Assembly: GCA_965116495.1 (NCBI GenBank)
Contig: OZ220696.1
Location: 2,944,001 to 3,008,000, forward strand
Origin: Gammaproteobacteria bacterium
GTDB lineage: Bacteria; Pseudomonadota; Gammaproteobacteria; Eutrophobiales; Eutrophobiaceae
Reading direction: 5' to 3'
DNA length: 64,000 bases
This document shows positions 57,918-64,000 of the stretch, piece after piece. Below the pieces are notes generated by a model. The model was not told where the DNA came from. It was given only the letters and a program-made list of their open reading frames with translations, and did not search any database. Made by a program: the position numbers and the translations under genes. Numbering within the stretch: the first letter of the stretch is position 1; each line of letters opens with the position of its first letter.

Positions 57918-59969
57918 TCAGGCATGGGCTGACGCTGTGATCCCCGAGTGCCTCAGCAGGGCGTCAATAACGGGTTTGCGGCCACGGAACTCAACGAACA
58001 GGTCCATGGGCTCCCGCGAGCCGCCCTGTTCCAGGATAGTGTGGAGAAAATCCCTGCCCGTGGCGGCATTGAAGATCCCGTCTTCCTCAAACCGGGAGAA
58101 GGCGTCGGCGGAAAGTACCTCGGCCCACTTGTAGCTGTAATAACCTGCGGCATAACCGCCGGCAAAGATATGACCGAAACCGTGCTGAAAACGGTTGTCG
58201 GGCGGCGCCTTGACGACAGCAACATCGCGCCTAACATCGTCCAGCAGAGCCTGTATGTCATCTGTGTCGTGGCCGCGCCGGTCATTATGCAGGCGGAAGT
58301 CGAACAGGGCCAGTTCCAGCTGCCGGACCATGTGCATGCCCGCATGGAACGTCCTGGCCTGTTGCATCTTCCCGAACAGGTCGCCCGGAAGCGGTTCCCC
58401 GTTCTCGTAATGGCGCGCGAACAGGTCCAGGGACTCCCGTTCCCAGCACCAGTTTTCCAGGAACTGGCTGGGCAGTTCCACCGCATCCCAGGGGACGCCG
58501 TTGATCCCGGCCACCGCGGCATGGTCGATCAATGTCAGCATGTGATGCAGGCCGTGGCCGAATTCATGGAACAGGGTGAGTACCTCGTCGTGGGTGAGCA
58601 GGGAGGGTTTGCCTGGGACCGGCGGGGTGAAGTTGCAGGTCAGGTAGGCAACAGGCGTCTGTACGGAGCCGTTATTCAGTCTGCGCGTGACGCATTCATC
58701 CATCCAGGCGCCGCCGCGCTTGTGCCGGCGGGCGTACAGGTCGAGGTAGAACCCGCCGCGCAGCCTCCCGCTTTCATCCTTGACCTCGAAAAACATTACG
58801 TCGGAATGCCAGGTGTCGATGCCGTCCCTGCCTGTTATACTCAGCCCATACAGTTTCTTGACTACCGAGAACAGTCCTTCGACCACCTGGCCCGCCGGAA
58901 AGTAGGGGCGCAGTTCCTCCTGGGAAAAGTCGAATTTTTTCTGCCTCAGTTTCTCCGAATAATAGGGTATGTCCCAGGCCTGCAAGTCCTTCACGCCGTA
59001 TTCCTGTGCGGCAAAATCCTCAAGAGTTGCCATTTCCTGCCGCGCCGTTGCCCCGCTGTGTGCGGCAAGGTTATGCAGGAACTCCATGACTTCGGCCGGC
59101 GTATCGGCCATTTTTGTAGCCAATGAATATTCCGCGTAGTTCCGGTATCCCAGCAATGCGGCAAGCTCCTGTCTTGTCGACAGGATCCCGGTCATCAGCG
59201 GACCGTTGTCCCATTTCCCGGCATCGGGATCCAGTTCCGAGGCGCGGGTATTATAGGCCGTGTACATTTCCCGTCTGAAGTTGCGGTCATCGGCATAGGT
59301 CATGACCGGTTGATAAGAGGGATAATCCAGCGTGAATAACCAGCCTGTCAGATCCCGTTGTCGCGCAGTCTCCGCCGCCAGTTCAATTGCAGTGTCGGGC
59401 AAACCGTCGAGCAGCGACTTGTCCACAACCGGTTTTGTCCAGGCGTGGGTGGCGTCGAGCAGGTTTTCTTCATAGCGGGTCTGCAGTTGCGAGAGCCGTT
59501 GCTGCAATTCCTTGAACCTGTCTTTTTCCTGCTGTCCCAGGTCGATACCCGACAGGTGAAAATCGCGCAAGGCGTTGTCAATAATCTTTTTCCTGGAGAT
59601 ATCCAGCCGGGAATATTGCTCACTGTCTGCCAGGGTCTTGCAGGCACGGAAAAAGTCTACATTCTGTCCCAGTTCAGTGTAGTGATCCGTCCATTTGGGC
59701 AGGCAGGCGTTATAGGCCTGGCGCAAGGCTTCGTTATCAGCCACCGAGTGCAGGTGGCTGACGGGCGACCAGGCCCGTTTCAGTTGATCCCCCTTTTCTT
59801 CCAGGGGTTGGAATAACGTTTCCCAGGTGTGTTCTCCAGGCTTATCCAGCACAGAGCGCAACAAGGTGCGGTGTTCGTCCAGCAGTTGGTCGACGGCCGG
59901 CTCTACATGTTCGGGTCTGATCCGGCCGAACACCGGTAGGGTCAGGTTTTCAAGTAACGGATTAGTCAT
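57918..59969 (-). CDS. prlC: Oligopeptidase A
   Basis: M3 motif FHEFGHGLH, WDAVELPSQ, GGYAAGYYSYKWAEVLS; start MTNPLL at 59969. Confidence 0.95.
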   Translation of the reverse strand: MTNPLLENLTLPVFGRIRPEHVEPAVDQLLDEHRTLLRSVLDKPGEHTWETLFQPLEEKGDQLKRAWSPVSHLHSVADNEALRQAYNACLPKWTDHYTELGQNVDFFRACKTLADSEQYSRLDISRKKIIDNALRDFHLSGIDLGQQEKDRFKELQQRLSQLQTRYEENLLDATHAWTKPVVDKSLLDGLPDTAIELAAETARQRDLTGWLFTLDYPSYQPVMTYADDRNFRREMYTAYNTRASELDPDAGKWDNGPLMTGILSTRQELAALLGYRNYAEYSLATKMADTPAEVMEFLHNLAAHSGATARQEMATLEDFAAQEYGVKDLQAWDIPYYSEKLRQKKFDFSQEELRPYFPAGQVVEGLFSVVKKLYGLSITGRDGIDTWHSDVMFFEVKDESGRLRGGFYLDLYARRHKRGGAWMDECVTRRLNNGSVQTPVAYLTCNFTPPVPGKPSLLTHDEVLTLFHEFGHGLHHMLTLIDHAAVAGINGVPWDAVELPSQFLENWCWERESLDLFARHYENGEPLPGDLFGKMQQARTFHAGMHMVRQLELALFDFRLHNDRRGHDTDDIQALLDDVRRDVAVVKAPPDNRFQHGFGHIFAGGYAAGYYSYKWAEVLSADAFSRFEEDGIFNAATGRDFLHTILEQGGSREPMDLFVEFRGRKPVIDALLRHSGITASAHA

Positions 59970-59980
59970 GTTCTGATACT

Positions 59981-59999
59981 GATAATGAGAATTATTTTT
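59981..59999. promoter_or_regulatory. Fur box between prlC and bfr
   Basis: GATAATGAGAATTATTTTT, 15/19 to consensus; adjacent IHF consensus AATCAATAAGTTA at 60006-60018. Confidence 0.7.
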
Positions 60000-60150
60000 A
60001 TTTAAAATCAATAAGTTATGCTTTACAACCAGAAACTGGACTGATATGATCCGGCACTGGTTTCCGCTTAAGAAAGTGAATCGCAGTACGCACTCACCGG
60101 CGGCGGGAGCCGTTTTCGATTAACTCGTTGTTTATTTACGGAGGTCTATT

Positions 60151-60615
60151 ATGCAAGGTGACGCAAAAATAATCGAGTACCTCAACCAGGTGCTCAAGAA
60201 CGAATTGACGGCAATAAACCAGTATTTTCTGCATGCACGTATGTGGAAGGACTGGGGCCTGAAGGAATTAAATGAGCATGAGTATCACGAATCCGTCGAT
60301 GAGATGAAGCATGCGGATAAGCTGATAGAACGAATACTGTTCCTGGAGGGTCTGCCTAACCTGCAGGACCTGGGACGGCTGTTCATCGGTGAAAATACTG
60401 TGGAGATGCTGGAATGCGACCTGAAACAGGAACATCTCGCTATTCCCCTGCTGCGTGAGGCCATCGCCTACTGTGAATCCGAACGTGATTACGTCAGCCG
60501 TGAGCTACTGGAAGATATCCTCGAAGACGAGGAGGAACATGTGGACTGGCTGGAGACACAGCTTGAATTGATAGAGAAGGTCGGCCTGGAGAATTACCAG
60601 CAATCCAAGATGTAA
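60151..60615 (+). CDS. bfr: Bacterioferritin
   Basis: [19 protein letters not shown] (heme Met), [11 protein letters not shown]. Confidence 0.97.
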   Translation: MQGDAKIIEYLNQVLKNELTAINQYFLHARMWKDWGLKELNEHEYHESVDEMKHADKLIERILFLEGLPNLQDLGRLFIGENTVEMLECDLKQEHLAIPLLREAIAYCESERDYVSRELLEDILEDEEEHVDWLETQLELIEKVGLENYQQSKM

Positions 60616-60703
60616 CGACTAATCAATACCGGCCCCGCTATCAGGGTACAGTCTTGTAAGACGACGTTTGTCCCACCAGGGACAACGGATCAAAAAATGT
60701 GTT

Positions 60704-60722
60704 GCAAATGATTCTCATTTGT
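60704..60722. promoter_or_regulatory. Fur box upstream of bfd
   Basis: CAAATGATTCTCATTTG near-palindrome. Confidence 0.7.
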
Positions 60723-60770
60723 TCTATTGTTCGTGTTACTAGCCAATATGCGTGTAGAGAGCACTACCAG

Positions 60771-60971
60771 ATGTACGTATGTGTATGTAATGCGGTAACG
60801 GAGCGGCAAATCAGGCAAGCCATCAGCGAGGGCGCGCTGACGTCCGGCCAACTCAGGCAAAAACTGGACGCAGAACGTATGTGCGGTTCCTGCGATGACT
60901 GTCTGGATGACTATCTTGCCGAAGCCTTCATGTTCGCGTCCCCCGGTCTGAGCGCTGCAGCAGCCGAGTAA
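60771..60971 (+). CDS. bfd: Bacterioferritin-associated ferredoxin
   Basis: MYVCVCNAVTERQI...CGSC; ATG at 60771. Confidence 0.92.
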   Translation: MYVCVCNAVTERQIRQAISEGALTSGQLRQKLDAERMCGSCDDCLDDYLAEAFMFASPGLSAAAAE

Positions 60972-61124
60972 ATGCCTCCCAACGTCCAACCCCCGTCTCG
61001 ACTACTGCTGGAATTCACTGTCTGTCTCTGCATGTCATAAGCAGGTGAATGCCGGGAAGGCATTTTTTCCGATTCTCACTAAACCGCGGACCACCTCGGA
61101 CGGCGGATAAAACAGTAACCGCTT

Positions 61125-61153
61125 GCAAATGCAAATGAGAATAATTATTATTT
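61125..61153. promoter_or_regulatory. Overlapping Fur boxes upstream of TonB-dependent receptor
   Basis: GCAAATGCAAATGAGAATAATTATTATTT. Confidence 0.75.
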
Positions 61154-61226
61154 GTATCATGCCTCGTATTAATGTACTATCAACACCAGGCTCAGCACCA
61201 ATACGAATAATACAAGGAGAAATCTC

Positions 61227-63521
61227 ATGTGCGCCGCTTCCTTCTCACTGAACCGGAATCAAAACCGCAAGTCTCTCGCCAGGAATCGCCTGCAGGCAGC
61301 CACAGCGCTGTACGCGGGACTGGTCCTGGGCGCGTTCCACTATCCGGTATTCGCCGCCGATCAGGGTATAGATGAGGAAATAACCGTTATCGGCAGCCAG
61401 GACGAGGCCCGGAGGGTAGCCGGGTCGGCCCATTTCATCGGCCAGGAGGAACTTGAGAAATTTTCTTATTCCGATATCCAGCGCATCGTGCGTGAGGTGC
61501 CGGGTGTCTCGATACAGGTGGAAGACGGTTACGGCCTGCGTCCCAACATCAGCATCCGCGGCGTTGCCACCGAGCGCAGCGGCCGCATCACCCTGCTTGA
61601 AGACAACGTGCTGATTGCGCCGGCGCCCTATTCAGCGCCGTCGGCCTATTACTTCCCTACCGCGGGGCGCATGTATGCATTCGAGGTGTTGAAAGGCCCC
61701 GCCGCGATCACCCAGGGACCTTACACCATCGGCGGCGCGTTGAACATGATCTCGACACCGATCCCGGATGAACTGCAGGGCATGGTCATGGCGGAAGGCG
61801 GCGAGGATGCGACTTACCGGGTCCATGCCCACTACGGTGGCAACCTCGGTAGCGGTCTCGGTTTCCTGGCCGAAACCCACCAATGGGGCTCGGACGGTTT
61901 TCAGGATCTGGACAACGATGGCGGCGATACCGGGCTCAGGCTGGAGGACTATACGCTCAAGCTGCGTTATGCTTCAACCGATTCCCGCCACCAACTGGAC
62001 TTCAAGTTCCAATACGCAGACCAGGATTCAGAACAGAGTTACCTCGGCCTGACCGATGCGGATTTTGACAAGGACGCCTACCGCCGCTACGGCGTGTCGG
62101 AACTGGACAACATCGCCACGGAGCACTTCCAGTACATCCTGCGCTACAAGCTTGAGCTTACGGACAACCTGAACATTGCCGTGACCGGCTACAACAACGA
62201 ACACGAACGCAACTGGTTCAAGACCGAGGGTCTGGACCCGGACGGTAGTGCCAGCGCCGGGGAATTAAGCCGGACCAGCTGGTTCAATGTTATCCGGGCG
62301 GTGAATCAGGGAAATCCGGTGGGCGCTTTGACGCCGGTGGAGTTGCAGGGCCTCCTGGACGGAACGGTCGATACCGCGCCCGGCAGCATCCAGCTCAGGT
62401 CCAACGCACGCGAATACTTCTCCCGCGGCGTACAGGTAAATCTCAACTGGACCGGCGAGATCGGCGCCACCAGCCATAACCTGGAAATCGGCGTTCGCTA
62501 CCACGAAGACGAAGAGGACCGGCTGCAGCGCAACAGCAGCTACCACCAGGAAAACGGCAGGCTGGTGCTGGACGACCTGGGGATGCTTGGCAATGCCGGC
62601 AACCGCGTGCAGGAAGCGGAGGCGGTTTCCGTGCACTTCTATGACCAGATCGAGTGGGGTGACTGGGTGTTCAGTCCGGGTATACGTTACGAGGACATCG
62701 ACCAGAAACGCACCCGCTGGCGCGACCGGGGTGAGCAGGCCGGGGCGCGCAACATCTTCCGGGACAGCCGCAGGAACAAGACCGAGGTCTGGCTCCCCGG
62801 CCTGGGGATTCTCTACCGCATGAGCGACAACCTGACGCTGCTGGCAGGCGTGCACAAGGGGTTCACCGCGCCCAGTAACTCGCCGGATGTGAAAGAGGAG
62901 AAGGCAGTCAATTATGAATTGGGCCTGCGCTTCGTTAGCAACGGTCTGCACGCCGAGGTGATCGGCTTTTTGAGTGATTACGACAATATCCTCGGAGAAT
63001 GTACGTCGTCATCGGGCACCGACTGTACGGTGGGTGACGCATTCAACGGTGATGCGGCGACAGTCGCCGGCGTGGAGGCTCTGCTGTCGACCAACCTGAC
63101 CCCGAACCAGGCCTTCAACACGCCGCTCTCTTTCGTTTACACCTACATGGATTCTGAATTTGACACGGACATCGCCGATACTGACTTTTTCGGCGACGTG
63201 AGCAAAGGCGACTCCATCCCCTACATTCCAGAACACCAGTTACGCATATCAGCCGGCATCGAACAAGCGCGCTGGAACGCGTATGTCAGCGCAAATTACG
63301 TGGACGAGGTATGCATACGCGCTTCCTGCGGCGACTATGAACGCACCGACGATACGCTGACGGTGGACATCGCCGGCCGCTACCTGTTCAACGACAGGAT
63401 TTCGTTGTTCGGGCGTGTGAAGAACGTGACCGGAGAGGAAGATATTCTGGGCCGCCACCCATACGGCGCCCGGCCTAACAAAGACCGGAGCTTCACGGGA
63501 GGCGTACGCATCACGTTTTAA
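61227..63521 (+). CDS. TonB-dependent iron receptor (FecA-like)
   Basis: EEITVIG TonB box, EDGYGLRPNISIRG, APAPYSAPSAYYFP, GARP, terminal Phe; Fur box upstream. Confidence 0.9.
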   Translation: MCAASFSLNRNQNRKSLARNRLQAATALYAGLVLGAFHYPVFAADQGIDEEITVIGSQDEARRVAGSAHFIGQEELEKFSYSDIQRIVREVPGVSIQVEDGYGLRPNISIRGVATERSGRITLLEDNVLIAPAPYSAPSAYYFPTAGRMYAFEVLKGPAAITQGPYTIGGALNMISTPIPDELQGMVMAEGGEDATYRVHAHYGGNLGSGLGFLAETHQWGSDGFQDLDNDGGDTGLRLEDYTLKLRYASTDSRHQLDFKFQYADQDSEQSYLGLTDADFDKDAYRRYGVSELDNIATEHFQYILRYKLELTDNLNIAVTGYNNEHERNWFKTEGLDPDGSASAGELSRTSWFNVIRAVNQGNPVGALTPVELQGLLDGTVDTAPGSIQLRSNAREYFSRGVQVNLNWTGEIGATSHNLEIGVRYHEDEEDRLQRNSSYHQENGRLVLDDLGMLGNAGNRVQEAEAVSVHFYDQIEWGDWVFSPGIRYEDIDQKRTRWRDRGEQAGARNIFRDSRRNKTEVWLPGLGILYRMSDNLTLLAGVHKGFTAPSNSPDVKEEKAVNYELGLRFVSNGLHAEVIGFLSDYDNILGECTSSSGTDCTVGDAFNGDAATVAGVEALLSTNLTPNQAFNTPLSFVYTYMDSEFDTDIADTDFFGDVSKGDSIPYIPEHQLRISAGIEQARWNAYVSANYVDEVCIRASCGDYERTDDTLTVDIAGRYLFNDRISLFGRVKNVTGEEDILGRHPYGARPNKDRSFTGGVRITF

Positions 63522-63626
63522 TCATCTCCCCGGCAAGAGTAAAAGACCCCCGTATTACCTGGCAGGAGAAGTGGGTCAGGAAAAGGTACTTTCAAACTCT
63601 CAGCAACGTGACTCTTGTCGTATTTG

Positions 63627-63663
63627 GAGCGGGGGCGTATATTCCGTTACGCTCCCTTTTTTT
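63627..63663 (+). terminator. Possible intrinsic terminator/attenuator before the iron-binding protein gene
   Basis: GGAGCG...CGCTCC stem followed by a T run. Confidence 0.5.
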
Positions 63664-63676
63664 ACATAAGGAAAAC

Positions 63677-64000
63677 ATGAAATACATACCCCTGTTATTT
63701 TTACTTGTGGTTAGTCTGCAGACAGCACCTGCAGAAGAGGTCAATGTCTACTCCGGCCGCAAGGAGGCCCTGATAAAACCGTTGTTCGATGAATTCGCGG
63801 AACAGACGGGGATCAGGGTCAACCTGGTCACGGGCAAGGCGGATGCATTGATCAAGCGCCTGGAACTCGAAGGCGAAAATTCACCGGCAGACCTGTTGCT
63901 GACCGTGGACGCAGGGCGCCTGTTCCGGGCGAAGCAGCAAGGCCTGTTGCAGACAATCACGTCCGCCGCGCTTAACGAAACGGTGCCGGAAAACTATCGC
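63677..64000 (+). CDS. Fe3+ ABC transporter substrate-binding protein (FutA/FbpA-like), partial
   Basis: Manual translation MKYIPLLFLLVVSLQTAPAEEVNVYSGRKEALIKPLFDEF...EGENSPADLLLTVDAGRL. Confidence 0.9.
   Translation, partial: MKYIPLLFLLVVSLQTAPAEEVNVYSGRKEALIKPLFDEFAEQTGIRVNLVTGKADALIKRLELEGENSPADLLLTVDAGRLFRAKQQGLLQTITSAALNETVPENYR

Noticed and set aside
57948-59126. 392-aa plus-strand ORF, and similar long antisense ORFs over ftsY, pyrB, gshB and the receptors
   Set aside because: Shadow frames of well-supported genes in high-GC DNA, with no motifs of their own

Overview
A 64-kb chromosomal segment of a GC-rich gammaproteobacterium, mostly core genes in Pseudomonas/Chromatiales-like order: rpoH(partial)-ftsXEY, an M16 peptidase pair, rsmD-coaD-ggt, mutM, a TonB-dependent receptor, yaaA-rpmG-rpmB-radC, coaBC-algC, pyrE, exoIII, yggT-proC-yggS, pyrK-pyrC'-pyrB-pyrR-yqgF-yqgE-tonB-gshB, hemCDXY, prk, msbA, pmbA, uvrD, a TRAP binding protein, cytochrome c5, system II cytochrome c biogenesis (c4-resB-ccsB-dsbA), engB, rpmE, xth, prlC, bfr-bfd, a Fur-box-led TonB receptor and a partial Fe3+ binding protein. 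An accessory stretch (about 43-50 kb) holds a Co-type nitrile hydratase cluster, an AT-rich SfiI-family restriction-modification pair and a decayed toxin-antitoxin locus. The most interesting signals are outside the ORF track: (1) a lone pqqA peptide gene with a sigma54 promoter, IHF site and terminator, located where pilTU usually lie; (2) a family of TA-bounded MITEs, one carrying three nested ~70-bp hairpin modules with CsrA-like GGA loops, located at the two places where type IV pilus genes are missing; (3) a five-hairpin element that extends rsmD and covers the coaD RBS; (4) a sigmaE-driven ErsA/Spot42-positioned sRNA candidate after engB; (5) a DARS-like triple DnaA box; (6) a perfect CIRCE overlapping a sigmaE promoter of rpoH. 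All calls come from reading the sequence and recalling family motifs. No searches were run.
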